A stretch of 64,000 bases of DNA, from the NCBI RefSeq assembly GCF_018977255.1, contig NW_024704743.1:29638001-29702000 (forward strand). The letters are read 5' to 3'. Shown piece by piece: positions 1 through 13,757 of the stretch. Every line of letters begins with the position of its first letter. Within the stretch, counting starts at the first letter, position 1. The notes beneath the pieces are model-generated. The model saw only the letters and a list, made by a program, of their open reading frames with translations, was not told where the DNA came from and did not search any database. The stretch comes from Callorhinchus milii. Taxonomy: Eukaryota. The translations under genes were made by a program, and so were the position numbers.

Positions 1-2339
1 CAAAAGACCACAAAAAAATGTGGTTATCACAGTTTACCCCTTTATGTTGCTTGCTTCAACATAACTTTTAACTTTAATCCACACCTGCAATGTGTATGAA
101 TAGTTTTCAAATTCAACCTTGGATAGTAAATACTATTTACAAAGAGAACTCAATACTCTTCACTTCATTGAACAGCTAATTCTTCATAAATTATGAAAAA
201 ATCACAAGATGCAATCTCTAATCAACAGTTAAAGATATTGATCCGTGCTAGTTGCTCTCAAAGCAAGCTATTTTCTGATAAAACCAAGATATTAAATTAC
301 AATTTGCCTACAGATGTAAATATTGCAGTAAAAAAATACTTTGAAGCACTTTGAGACAACATAGTTAGGCATTTTATCAAATGCAAGGATTATTATTTTA
401 ATATTAGACTAGCCTTTTGTGAACATAACTTGCTTCTCAGCTGGGACTCTGGATCCCTACTACGAATAAATGGGAACTTTTATAAAAGAGAGAAACATGT
501 TAAGTTAATATTCTACACAGTATGTATTCTGTAAAATAACAGATACCATGGTTTATGTTGTCTTCTGAACTAAAAGATTGGGTTTCAGCCTATAACTCAT
601 TCCCACGTTATTTTATATACGACAAACGTACGTAAAACTAGCAGTGCAGAAAATTCTTAGTTGTCATAGAAATAAATTCCACAGAATGACTTTTGACCCA
701 CTTTGAAGACTCAGCTTTATGTAAGAAAAAAAGCCTTTTAAACCAAGGACAAAAGTTCCAAAAAGTCAAATAAATTCAGGGATTCTTACCGTGAATATTA
801 AAAACAAATAAATATTGGAAAAATACTGCTCCATTTTGCTGGTGCCTTAGGATTTCTCTCCAAATTCCTGCTCAAAATGCAGATTTATTGCAGCACTTAA
901 GCCTGGGGTGCACATCTAATATGGAATGATCAGTGCAGAAATACAGTGGTATCAACTCCTGATTGTAACATGAGACATGCCACAATTCAACCTCTCTCCT
1001 CGCCTTCTGAAGCTTTTAAATAGAGCACGCATTGCAGAATTTGAAGTTTCTACTTAAAAAACTTGCATTTTTATAGTGCCTTATCACTTTGAAATATGCT
1101 TCATGGGTAATTTTCTCAAGTGCACTGATTGAATTCATTTGGATCAGCCCAGTCCCAGAAACTGCCATGGTTAACTGATCAATTTATCTGGAGACTTGCT
1201 GGCAAAGAGTGGGAGCAATCATTCTCTTACTGAATGGTGTCATGGAATCTAAAGCATCAACCTGAGCATGCAGGCAGGATTTCAGTTTAACATCCCAATC
1301 GAGTGGTTGATTTGCAATCCCTGAAGTGGAGACTGTGTTTCAAAAAACTCACTGAGAACAGCTGTTAAGAACAGATAAATCCTTAACAGCTGTTTTGGGT
1401 GGATTTTTCCCAGAACAATGGATAAACTGGGAGGCAGGTATTAACCTGGGACATCTAAGAAATGGTAGAGACAACCCTAACTAAAAAAAACAATTGAATT
1501 TCTTTGATAACTACCTTTCTTTATTTCACCCTGACCATCACTATTTAAAAGACAATTACACAATAATGTGGAATCTGTTGAAGAATGACTTTCTCTCCAA
1601 AGTTAATCTCAGGACAATTCAATTCCATTTATGTTTCTCCAGGTTTCAAATAAAAAGCAAAAAAAACATAATGCTCTTATTTATTAAAATAGTATTTCTT
1701 TAAAAAAATCCAAATATCAAAATTAACAAAGCAATATTCACAATCTGTTGAGTAAAACATAAGTGAGGAGAAATTCCACCTGGATCTACATTTACTCTCA
1801 GTGGCAGTTTTAGAACGTGCACCATTTGACAAATTATTGCATTGTTTTAATTTTGAGGTTGCTTTTCTATAGTTCTTGACAGAATGTACCAATCTTATGA
1901 GGTCTCAGACCTTATGCACATAACTCTATTTGAATTTAGCTACTGGCAATCCTGGTTTAGCACTGAAAAACGAATTCATTTTATTTAATGATACTATAGT
2001 CCATGTGGTGGTACTGTATTTCTTAGCAGGATTCCTTGAGGGATACAAACAGAAATTAACATTGACCCGCAGGAACTCTGTTCCAGAAATAATAACAATA
2101 GAGTGAAGATCCCTTAGGGGTAGGCATGTTGCATCACCGGTAACCAGAATAGAACCTGTTTTGCACGACTCGGATTCCTTATTGAGGAATCCCGTCAAGA
2201 GGCACTGCAAATCAGACCTACAATCTTGCAACATGAAACATTCACTAACACCTGTACATTATTAATTAATACAAGTCTAATTTCAATGAATTGCAGATGA
2301 TAATTCAGTTGAGACATTCCAATAATGAATATAACCATC

Positions 2340-2720
2340 AGCACATTTGTCTCTGGTCAGATGGTTGTAGGTTCAAGCCTTTCTTTGGGATTCATAGTCC
2401 AGGTTGATAATATAATTCTGAAGGATTGTTTCATTATTGGCAGTGTCATCCATCAGATGAGACATTGAAGTGTCTACCTGTTCAGATGGCTGCTAAAGAT
2501 CCCATGACACTATTTGAAATGAAAAGAGAAGGCTGTTTCTCCCAGTGTCCTGGCTAACAAACCCCAAATAAAATTGGCTGTTTGTAGACATTACTGTATG
2601 TAAATTGACTGGTGTGTTTGCCTACAAAATATACAGTCATTACACTTTACAGTGAATCCTGTGAAGTGCTTTGAGACATCCTCCTAATGTGAAAGGCGCT
2701 AAATCAAATGCAATAATTGG
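2340..2720 (+). mobile_element. Deu-domain SINE
   Basis: B-box-like ggttcaagcc, core cagatgagacattgaa...aaagatcccatgacactatttgaa, and tail gtgaagtgctttgagacatcc. Confidence 0.7.
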
Positions 2721-4771
2721 AAGGCTTACTATGACTGTGCTGGTTTGATTTCCATAGCTACTGACATCTCAAATCTCCTTCAATAGGACCATTGTTCTAC
2801 CAAGAATGTTGATATCTTCTTTATGTCAATATTAAGTAATACGAGTTTACAATGTATTTACTGCCACTGCAATCTATTGATTTTACTCTGAATACAGTAA
2901 AAGCAGCCACTGAGAATGTAAATGTCACACATGGGTCAGCAGTAAAAAGCATCAGCTCTTCAATATCCATTGTCCCATCTCAATCACTCCAGACTGAAGA
3001 AAGGTGCCCACCTGAAAGGAGATACAGACAATTTACAATGAATCCGTACTGGTATGTGAGGGACACTTAGACACCAGAAACATGCACTGCAAGCTACAAG
3101 AAAAAGAAATTAAATACCTGCACCTGAACAGATCCTGAAGAAAAAGCTTCAGATATAAATTGCTTAATGCATTCAAAACTGCTCAAATGTCACCTTCGTA
3201 ATGACGATACCTGCCAGCATGTCCTATTAAATATATGTGGGGGAAATGAGAATGCAGAGTTTTTAAATAGTCTGTTTCTGAATTATGGTTCCTTAATTAA
3301 TGAGCAGTTTATCAACTGGCAAAAAATATGATTAAAAAAGTATTGTTCAAATCTGTCCTTAATGGCAAGTTGTTGTTATTTGTTTTTGTTGTTGTAACTT
3401 TTAAAGGGCATGTTTAAGGGAATATTTTAATTCCCTTTTCTATTCAAAAAAGGGCAGATTAATAACGTATTAAGAAAATCTCATTAGACATCCCTCATTT
3501 TAGACACCATCGAATTATAGTCAATAATATGCACAAGGTTCAGGAAAGAACTTGCCCATTTGTAACACTGGTCACACAAAGAAAACCATTGATCGTACTT
3601 CTTCTGATCCATTGAATTGGGGATACCTTTCAGCTGTTTGGTGAAGTGGGTGGATTAGCCCATTGTTGCCCTAACTTTGCACAGTGATGAGTGAGTGTAT
3701 CTGTGGTGCTTTCTCAACAGCTTTCAGTTATATTAGCAACAATTGAAAGTTTTAGTCAGACGCAATTATTACATTTTGCAATATATATTTCCAATTTTAA
3801 AAAACATTACTCATCATAACACGGGTGAATACTGTAACTTCACATCACACAAATACAACTTACAGGTTTCCTTACTCCCATCAGCTCCGAATCACTTGCA
3901 ACTGTATTAACACAGAAGGACTGGGAGTGAGTTAATCATATGGGGCACTATCAGTAAGTACAAGCAGCTGTTCCCTGCATTGAACCTTACGCTTTTGTAG
4001 GCTAACAAAGGGTAGATAATTCATCTAAATGAACACATTCTTTAACTGTTACCATCTGCTATTAATCCTGAAGCCTGTACCAAAATTGCTCTTGGATAGC
4101 ACTGAGTTCAGTTTTAGGTTAAAACTATTATCTTAGTTTTGATGAGTCAATCCAATTTGTTTTGATGTGATGTTCAGCAATTCATAATAATTTAACAATA
4201 TGATCAAGTGTTGACGCCTAGCATCTGAGAGCAATATTCATATTTGCATAAACACATCTTTATATACAAGGATGTGGTTACAATAGTGATTTGCAAATCA
4301 AGCTGATTTTGTATTATAAAATAATCCTTGCATTTTATAAGAGCCTTATCAAAGTACTTCAGAGTTTTCTGTAAGTAGGTGAACACTGCAGACAATTTGC
4401 GTACAAGAATGTTGCACAAACAGTTATAAAGTGAACAACCATATTTTTCTGTGGGATTGTTGGCCAGGACACTGAGAGAAACTCCCTTCAAGCACTCCCT
4501 TACCATGGCAGTGGAACATCATCTTAGACTACGAGCACAAAGTCCAGTGGTGTGGCTTGAAACCACCAATCTTCACTGACACCTAATTTTTGTTCTGTTG
4601 GATATCCTGGATTGTTCCTGGTCAAACAATTGCATGAAATTGCAAAAGGCAGTGGTCTCGTCCATTCTACAAACTTATTGCAACACACAGCAGAGATTTA
4701 GGTTTGTGCCTGTCTACATGACAAGTTCCTACATTCTGGCAAAGATTGGGTACTTCCTGACTTGCAGAGCA

Positions 4772-5392
4772 GTGTCACGCTGGCTCAGTTGATAGCATTC
4801 TCACCTGTCATTATGACTTGGAAATTATACAGTCTAAACCAGTATCGGCCAAACTATGGCCCGCGGGCCTGTCAACAAGCAGTTCCCTGAATATTCGCAT
4901 GAGTCCAGGTAAGTCTATGTTCAATCAGTAGTGTCTTTCCAGGCTATTCTTGAAGGAATATTTCTTGATCTACAGTATAAATAAGGATATATTGAATCAA
5001 GAAAATGTATTTTGTTGGTCAACCAAATGATTGTCCATCACTGGTCTAAGCTAATGCTCCAAAGCAGCGATGCATTATTGGAGGTGACATCCTTCGGATG
5101 AGAAGTTAAACTGAGGCCCTGTTCAGGCAGACGTTAACAATCCCATGGCACAACTCGAAAAGAAAAAGGAGTTTATCCCTGTGTCCTGGCTAACAATCCC
5201 CCAAATAATAAAATTGGTTCAATCACTTCTTGGCTCTTTGAGGGACATTGCTGTGAGCAAATTGACTGCTGATTCACCCAGTCACTGCACTTTACACAGT
5301 CATTACACTTTACAGTATAACCTGTGAAGTCCTTTGAGACATCCTCCTGATATGAAAGGCGCTTTAGCAAATGTAAGATTTATTTATTATTA
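4772..5392 (+). mobile_element. Deu-domain SINE interrupted by the hAT MITE
   Basis: tRNA-like head ggctcagttgatagca, Deu core ttcggatgagaagttaaactgaggccc...cccatggcac, and the shared tail ending aaatgtaagatttatttattat. Confidence 0.75.
4840..5043. mobile_element. Non-autonomous hAT (Charlie-like) MITE with 8-bp TSD
   Basis: Starts CAGTATCGGCCAAACTATGGCCCGCGGGCC and ends TTGTCCATCACTG. Flanked by gtctaaac (4832-4839) and gtctaagc (5044-5051). Confidence 0.75.
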
Positions 5393-7264
5393 CTATAGTG
5401 GCTCTACCAGAAGCCTGGGAGCAGGTCACCTCCTCACTCTTGAGGTTGAGAATGATGAGTGAAGTGGGAGTCCCTGAGGAGACACCCTGAAGAGGGGGCT
5501 ATAATAAATAAATAACTAGAGATTTAAGAATGAACAGACTTTTCCGTCAAGAGTTACAGACTACAAGAAGGTATTGTGTCAGCTCTGCGAGTGTCGTTTT
5601 AGTGACTGAAAGGCATCCCCTTGCCCTGAGCCCTGGTCCCACTACCCTGTTTCTCAGCATGCCAACACAGTAATGTGCCAAGCGATTGACCTGCCTATAA
5701 GATGGCATACAGACTTTGTGAACAAGCGAACGGACAGGACATTTTTGAACCTTGTTTGACCCAGGATGGGTCATAGTATGTCCTTTGCTTATGGTAGTTT
5801 GCATTCTTGGTTAATAAGGTTAACTATGTGAGCCCCTCATTTTATCCAGCATTAAACAACCCTGACCTTCTTATGACTTTAACCACAGGGACGTGGAAAC
5901 ATTTTGTGCTGCAACATAGCTGTGCCTTGCACTGACCTCCTGAAAACCCTTCGCTCTCTGTTCCCACATCGCTACACTAAACCCACTAAACAGTTTCCGT
6001 TTATTTTTTCAGGTGAGCAAACTTTGTATCAGATACCAGTTTGTCAGTTGCTTTTAATTAGGCTTCTGAATCCCCCTTTCATCTCGAGTTGAATCTGCGT
6101 CAGTCGACTTGTCCTTTTATAGTTTTGAAGCAATGTATTTTTACCCAGCTAATTGAAGGCATATATAAAAAAAAGATAAAAGGCTAATTGCTGCGATTTA
6201 GAAGGGGAGGGGGTTTCAGTCACAAGAAACTTCACATTTTAGTCCACAACCACCACATGAAAAGACCTTTTTATGGTACGGTTACAATGACAGACCAGTT
6301 GAGCACAATTATTTTTCTTGGCAACAAGGAACCACAAATTGTAGTGTGAAATGAACAGCGGCATTAACATAACCAACTTTCGATCTGTATTTTTTTCTTT
6401 CAGGCTTCTTCTTCCTCGTACCATTTTGATTTGGTTTGAAAACAGGAAGAGGTTGATGGATACTCACAGGAGTTATTACAATATAGTGATCCAATCCAGG
6501 AGTTCGGTTTGTTGTGTAAACAGCTACAGTGTTGTGCAACGGTAATCTGGAGCCAGATTCGACCGGAGTCTCAAAATCCCCCTGAACTATCTCTTAAATT
6601 TTTGGAATTGGGATTAATATTTGCCAAAATCAGAAACAGCAATTTCCTGCTAAACATCCTTCTGGAAGTGTAAATCAGGAACTCTGCTGCAACACAATCT
6701 ACAGGTCAACCCCATTTCTAAGAGTCCTTTGGACCCACGGTTACCAGAAGTACAGTAACTTCCAGCTTCCAGCACTTCCAGCTGGCTTCGCAAGTTTTAG
6801 ATGATCAGAACACTGTTAACATCATGTTCTGTAAGTTGCACATGAGCACGATGTGCAGCGAGTGCCACTGACATTATTTTGCAAAGAAATTGATGTTAGA
6901 GGCAGCTTTTGCATTGAGCATCTGTGTTTGCAATACGCAGGCAATGATGTCAGCAGCACCAACCTGACAGCGCACGAGTTGGCCAAATTTCCTGTTCCCT
7001 ATTAAGATGCTGTGTGTGATATTTGGGCACCGACAACTGTGCTGTAACAGGATTTCCCTGCACATTCAAAGCAGATTTCCCCTAACGTGCTTCCAGTTAC
7101 CCATTACACTCGCCCGCAAAATACATACAGTCACACCACTTCACAGTGTATCCAGTGAAGTGCTTTGAGGTGTCTTCATGACGTGATAAGGCACTATATC
7201 AATGCAAGGTTTATTATTATTAATAATACCTATTTGTGAGTCCTGTTACAAGTATCCCATTTTA

Positions 7265-7712
7265 CACAACAACAACTTGCAAGGTAGCATCTCAGAGCAC
7301 TTAACAGTGGTGGAGCCTGATTCTGAGCTGGGGTTGGGGGGGTGGAGGTGACCGCAAGCACGGTCGAAAAGGAAAGTTTTCAGCACAACTTGAAAAGGGG
7401 GAGAGAAGGGGCAAGGTGAAGGGATTGAGAGAGAGTGTTGTAGAATTTGGGGCGTAATGGCGTGGTGGGGGCGGAGTGTGCGAGGGACAACCAGGAGGCC
7501 GGTGCCAGTCGAGCGGAAGCGCTTGGTGGTGGATTGAGGAATGAGGAGGTCGGAAAGGTAGGGAGGTGCCAGAGAGTATAGATTTGAACACGAGTGGAGT
7601 CCCTCCGTGAGGGGGAGTCAGTGGAGCCTGGCCAGAACTGGTGAGATGGCGTTATGCAGTTTGGTTAGTGTAAGTATGTGGGTAGCAGAGTTCTGAGTGA
7701 GCTGGATTTTTT
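7265..7712 (-). mobile_element. L2 3' fragment
   Basis: aacaacaacttgca tail and cagtggagcctggccagaactgg (antisense PVLARLHW). Confidence 0.7.
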
Positions 7713-10084
7713 GACAGCAACAACTTGCATTTATATTGCATCCTTCACACAGAGTCAGAATGCTGACCCCAGTATTTAGAGCTTTTAGTTTTGAGTGAAG
7801 AATATAATAGTTTTTGTGGCTGATGAAATGTTCAGTATGGGTGTCACCTCCCAAGGTCCCAACTCTTGGAGTCTAAATGCTCCGGTATGCTACCCCGCAT
7901 GAAGGGTACTATATAAATGTATGTTTTTGCGCTGTTGTTGTTGTAGGATCCTGGCATAAGGTGCCATTCCCACATGAAAAATATATCTATCGTTCCATGC
8001 TCCTATTTGCTCCTTGAGCAGTGGCACATTAAAAGTCCTGCACTCCTATTAATGGCTTACTTATTCTTTGCAGATAAAACCAGACATTCCAGGGTGAACA
8101 ATTAAATAATTATCACATTGAATCTTTTAAGGACCATCAGAATTGTGGAATTGTGGAAATTCCCCCTTCTCCACCTTTGGCTCAATGGTTCGGTTTGAAG
8201 TTTCTGACGACGGTCTTTCTTCTCAACAACAACAACAAATTTACATTGATAGAGAGGATTTCACGATGTCCCAAGGCACTGTGTTATCACTCATACCAGA
8301 ATATCCCATGAAGCAGCAGCACAAATACTTCGCTCCATTAATCGGAAACAATGCCGGCGACAAAATATTTGGACCAAAACAGTGTGGCCAAAGTCCCGAG
8401 GAGGGCAAGGGAATTTTCACATCAGAATCCATCTGAGGATGATTAATAATAATAATCCTTGCATTTGAATTACCACCTTTAATGTCAGCAGGGCATCTCA
8501 AATTGCTTCACATGATTCACTGTGAAGTGGTATTGTCTGTATATTTTCTGAGCGAATATAACCACAGCCAATTTATGCACAGCAATACCCCACAAACAGC
8601 CATGAAGTGAGCGACCAATTGCCTGAAATTCCAATGTTCTTTTTTTGATTCCGTGCTTTTACATTGAATCTCTTATGAACAGCAAAAACAATTTGCATTC
8701 ATATCGCACTACACACGCAGGATAGCATATCGGTGCACAGTTGGACGCCAGGCAAGGGAGAGGCAGAGGTGACCACAGGTGTGGTCAAAAAAATAGGTGG
8801 AATTTAAGTATAGATAAAGAGGGTGTGAATTACAGGGATTGAAGCAGGGAGTTACAGAGGTTAGGCACATAGTGGCTGAAGGTACAGCCACTGATGGTGA
8901 CTTGGAGGGGTCGAGGGATGCGCAGCAGCCTGTGTTAACTGGGCTAAGGCGTGGGCAGAGGAATGGGTTACATGCAAGATTGGAGGATATGGCAGTAAAC
9001 TTTCAAAGGCAGATTTCACTCAATGTTTTGAGCCCATGCAGTGGAATAGGCTTGATGGGCTGAATGGTCTCCTCCGGTCAGAGAGGTAGAGAGTTGCTGG
9101 GTCATGAAGCGATTTGTATGCAAGGATGAGGATCTTGAAATCATTTTTTTTGGAGACAGGGAGACAGTAGTCTTTCTTTACATTTACACTAAATTCTGAC
9201 CATAATTTGCATTGGTTAGACAACAAGCCTACTACAATAAATACACCATAAAATTACAGGGAATCGGATTTATTGCCAAACATCTCAGATGTTACACTGC
9301 ACATTTTTGGCAACCTGAACTCATCTCCATATAAATGCACAGTAGTACCGTGTGCATGAGTTCAGCTTGTGTAACATTTTCAGAGATTATAATTTTAAAT
9401 AGCATAACCCTCTAGAAAGATGAGGCTACACGATACTGTAATGTGAAGGCAATCCTTTGACCATGTTTCCTGCTGTTTCTGAATTGTAATATATACATAT
9501 TTTGAAAACTTACACCATCAGGACTGAACTTTTACACTTGGCCATATAATGCCTTATTCATACAGCTGAAGCAATCCAAACTGACTTCCAGCAGCAGAGC
9601 TACAGCATTTGGAGTGCAGACTGAGAATTATATTACATGCTCCAAATCATCTTCACTCGCTCAGACCTGAAATCTCTCATATCTTAGCCCCATGTTCATT
9701 GTCTTAAAATCGTTCAAGGTTGTTTCAATGGACAAGACAAAGAGCTATTTGAAATCAGGGCAATACAAGCCTAATGGGAACAGCAACCTATTCCATTCAG
9801 AAATATTCTTGGCAGTGGTTTCAAGAGAGGTTGAAAATTGAACCAGCTTATCCTAAACTAATGTATAGATTTATACATTCAGAGCTATTTGATGTCAAAC
9901 ACCACACTGAAGTGACAGAAAGTGTCTAATTTAAATAGAACATTACAAGAAGAAATGAAAAACAATAAGATTTATGCCTTGAAGAGATTGGCTCTCATTA
10001 ATGGGGTTGCATTAAGTAAATGCTGGTTTAAATAATTAATACTCTGTAGTGCGTGGTCCCGTGAGGACAAGAACTATGTTTCTC

Positions 10085-10235
10085 TCTAATTTGTAATTGT
10101 TTCACCTTATAATTGTGCCCCTTTAGAATTGTGTCCCCTTATAATTGTGCACACTTATAATTATGTATGTTTATAATCGTGCACAGTTGTAGTTGTACCC
10201 CTTTATAATTGTGCACCTTTACAACTGTGCATGTT
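10085..10235. repeat. Degenerate minisatellite (ttataattgtgc-like unit, ~15-17 bp)
   Basis: Repeated ataattgtgc / acagttgt variants. Confidence 0.75.
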
Positions 10236-10644
10236 TGTTTCTAGGCCAACTTCACTCCCAATTTCAACAACAACTTGCATTTATATAGTTTCCTTCGGTG
10301 TCAACCTGACCATTGGTCACCATTGCCAGTCCAGACCTAACATGATATCCTTCTTGGTCAAGTTCCCTCTCAGCTTAAGAATTATGAGAGGCAATCTCCT
10401 TTGTGACTATTCCCTTAAACAGGAGTTTACTGTATTGCCTCTGCATAGTGCATGTGGCTCAAAACCTTTCTGTGCTTGTCCAACTAATCCTTTTTTCCAG
10501 GATGTAATTGAATTTGAAAGGGAGGAATGTCACAAGTAATAGTAATAATAATAATCTTTGCATTTAATTAAAGATAAAAAGGAGCGTCTAAAAAACTTGT
10601 GAGTACCAACCCGATATTCTACAACCGTTTACTTTCCCGACATG

Positions 10645-10883
10645 AGGCCTGAAATCCACCTAGTCTTAGCTTGGGAAACCATTTTGTTCCAGAATCTAAA
10701 TTGGCACAGAACTGTGGAAAATCCTACAATTCAGTTGAATTTGGAGGCCAGCTTCCCACAATTCTTAGAGAGATTTGACTTCCAAATTAAGACTGAATTG
10801 AAGAATTTTTCACAATTCCACACCATTTTAAATATCAAGACAAAACAGTACTTCAGGTTAAGACTGGATGAAATTCCTAGCCC
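10645..10883. mobile_element. Palindromic MITE-like repeat
   Basis: Imperfect terminal inverted repeats ggcctgaaatccacctagtcttagc / gttaagactggatgaaattcctagccc, internal symmetry, and a related copy at ~52884-53130. Confidence 0.6.
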
Positions 10884-12747
10884 CATTATGTTTGCTAACA
10901 TTGGTAAACCGAGGAATATCTCACACAAGATTTTGGTGTTGCACTGCCAAGACACAATTGACTTTTACAAAGGTATTGCCTGATTTGACACAAACATAAC
11001 AAATGTTTTGAACTTATTGAAGCTAGTTCAGTAACGCAGATCGCATTGCTTTGGAGTAATGCAGCCAAACCTGCCATTACCATGAAACAGTTGAAATAGA
11101 GGTAAACTCAAACTTACCTAAGTCCCCAGTTGTGCTGGGGATCCCAACATCCTTTTTTTTTTACCTTTTCCAGACTTTCTTTGCTCAACCTTTGGAGTTC
11201 AGGGTTTCTGAAAATTAAATCTGGCCAGAAATTTGTTCTTCACACCCTCATTCTCGACACTGAAATGTTATCTATTTGTGGTACATCTATGCATTAACAT
11301 AAGATCACACTTTGAATATTGTGCTTCAACATCTACAAGCAATACTACAATGTTCCAAAAGAAAAAAACAGCAGTTTTTCAGATGAAATTGGATTTTTGC
11401 ACTTTGAACATATCTGCTATCTGCGCTTGTAAGGATATACCTCTGAGCAGCTTATGTGCATTTGTGGAAAATCATTGATTCCCTTAAACAGGAGTTTACT
11501 GTATTGCCTCTGCATAGTGCATGTGGCTCAAAGCCTTTCTGTGCTTGTCCAGTTTCATATAGAATTACCTGGCTTTCAGATGTGTTGTGCCTTGTTGATG
11601 CCAAATTAGCCAGGTGTCTTTAAAGCAGAGTTCTAATGAAAACTTTGTGTCTCAGATATTTTGAGTGCGGAACTAGGAGACAAATTCCACAGAAACGTCT
11701 TGAACATATAATTCTAGTGAGATCTGATAAATAATATTTTATTTAGAACAAATAGTGCTGCTTAAAATAAGGAACAAGCACAAAAAACACCAGGGGGTTA
11801 TTTTGCAGCTAATAAAATGGCCAAATTATAAGTTCAAAGCACTGAGCTCAGTGGTAAGTGACCGAGGATATCCAAAATCCCAAAGATCCATGGAAATGTT
11901 GCTCCGTTCCCGGAAGTGGAACGGTTCGAAGAGGAGTTCCCCACAGGTCAGCGTGACATACTTCAAGTTCCCCAAAGGAGACACATTTACACAAATCTAC
12001 TTCCTTACTAAACAAAATCCTGCTAGAAACAGGTGGGAAGATGTTAATGGGAGCCAAGGAGGATGGCTTCTGTCTTGTCCGTAGTCAGCTGCAGAAAATT
12101 GGCGCTCCTCCAGGCCTTGATGTCTGACAAGCAAATGGACAAAACATCAATGAACCTTGGGCTACGGATAGAGGAGGAAAAGTAGATTTGGGTATCAGTT
12201 GTCCCCATGTTTGCAGATGGTTTAACTGAGTGAGTGTGTAGATGAGAAAAAGTAGGAGGCCAAGGATCGAGCTTTAGGATACTGATACTGCATGCAGTGC
12301 TGGGGGAGAGCTGCATTGTCAAAGGGTCCATCTGCCTGTTCATCTGGATGTTAAATGGCAAGAGAAGAGAAGGAAGATTCTCACGGTGACCTGTTCAACA
12401 ATCTCCCAGATAAAATTGGTCCCTCACTTCATGACTGTTTGTGAGAAATTGCTGTGTGCAAATTATCTGTTGTGCTTGCCTACATATACACATTCACTAC
12501 ACTTCACAGAACTTCTGAGGAACATTTTGAAAAGTTCAACATTATAGATGCTTTATCAAATGTAGTATTATTAATGTGACAATTTTACCAGACTGTATAG
12601 AAGCACATTTGATTGCAGCAGAAAGGGTGAGGGGGAGGGAGAATGATACAGATCTGACTTCCCCTCTGATCCTGGGGTTATGTCTCAATGGTAGTGCTCA
12701 GAGAAGGTACTGAATAAGACGCTGCTCCACTTGAAGGGCGCTATATA

Positions 12748-13757
12748 AAAATAATCCTTGCATGTAATATAACCCCCTTATCACATCTTCAAGACATCTC
12801 AAAGCGCTTCACTGAATATATTGTAAAGTGAATTGACTATATTTTGTGGGCGAAACACAGCAGCCAATTGCGACAGCAGTGTTCCACAAACAGTTTGGAT
12901 TGAGTGACCAAACTACTATTTTTTTATTCAGATGAATGTATTTATTTATTTATTTATTTATAATTAAACGATTATTACTGCTGGAAAAGCCTTCCGTCAA
13001 TCGACTATCAGCCGGATTCCTACATACTGCTAGGTCAACAGAGGCATGTGGCTTTATAAATAGAGGCATTGAGTACAAAAGCGAGGAAGTTCTGCTGAAC
13101 CTTTATAAGTCACTGGTTGGGCCTCAGCTGGAGTATTATATCCAATTCTGGGCACCACACTTTGGGAAGGATATCGAGGCCTTGGTGAGGGTGCAGAGGA
13201 AATTTACCAGAATGGTACCAGGGATGAGGCACTTCAGTTATGTGGAGAGACTAGAGAAGCTGGGTTAAGGGGAGATTCAGTAGAGATGTTCAAAATTATG
13301 AGGGGTTTTGATAGAGTAAATAGGGAGAAACTGTTTCCACTGGCAAGTGGTTCAGTAACCAGGGGACATAGTTTTAAGATAATTGGCAAAAGAATCAGAT
13401 GGGAAAAGAGGAGATTTTCCTTTTACACAGAGAATTGTTACAGTCTGGAATGCATCACCTAAAAGGATGGTGGAAACAGATTCAATAACAATTTTCAAAA
13501 GGGAATTGGATAGGTACTTGAAAAGGAAAAAAATGCAAGGATATGGGTAAGGAGCAAGAGAGTGGGAATGATTGGGTAGCTCTTCCAAAGAGCTGGCAGA
13601 GGCACGATGGGCCGAATGGCCTCCTCTTGTGCTGTAATATTCTATGATTATATATGGAGTAAGGAAACTTGCCTAAGGTTTTGTCCTGCCTGGGAATCCG
13701 AACCAGGTCCTCTCGCTTGTGAGGCGAGCACTCTAACCAATACACTACAGGATGCCA
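12748..13757 (-). mobile_element. tRNA-derived SINE split by a CR1 3' fragment
   Basis: Tail and body at 12748-13050, head at ~13652-13757 (ggaatccgaaccagg...ctctaaccaatacactacagga). Confidence 0.8.
13051..13650 (+). mobile_element. CR1 LINE 3' fragment
   Basis: Encodes GFINRGIEYKSEEVLLNLYKSLVGPQLEYYIQFWAPH...VQRKFTRMVPG (CR1 ORF2 C-terminus). 3' end gatgggccgaatggcctcct...attctatgatt. Confidence 0.9.

Noticed and set aside
6420..6460. ILIWFENRKR resembling homeodomain helix 3 (WFQNRR)
   Set aside because: No helix 1 or 2 sequence is found upstream or in the candidate previous exon, so this is probably chance.
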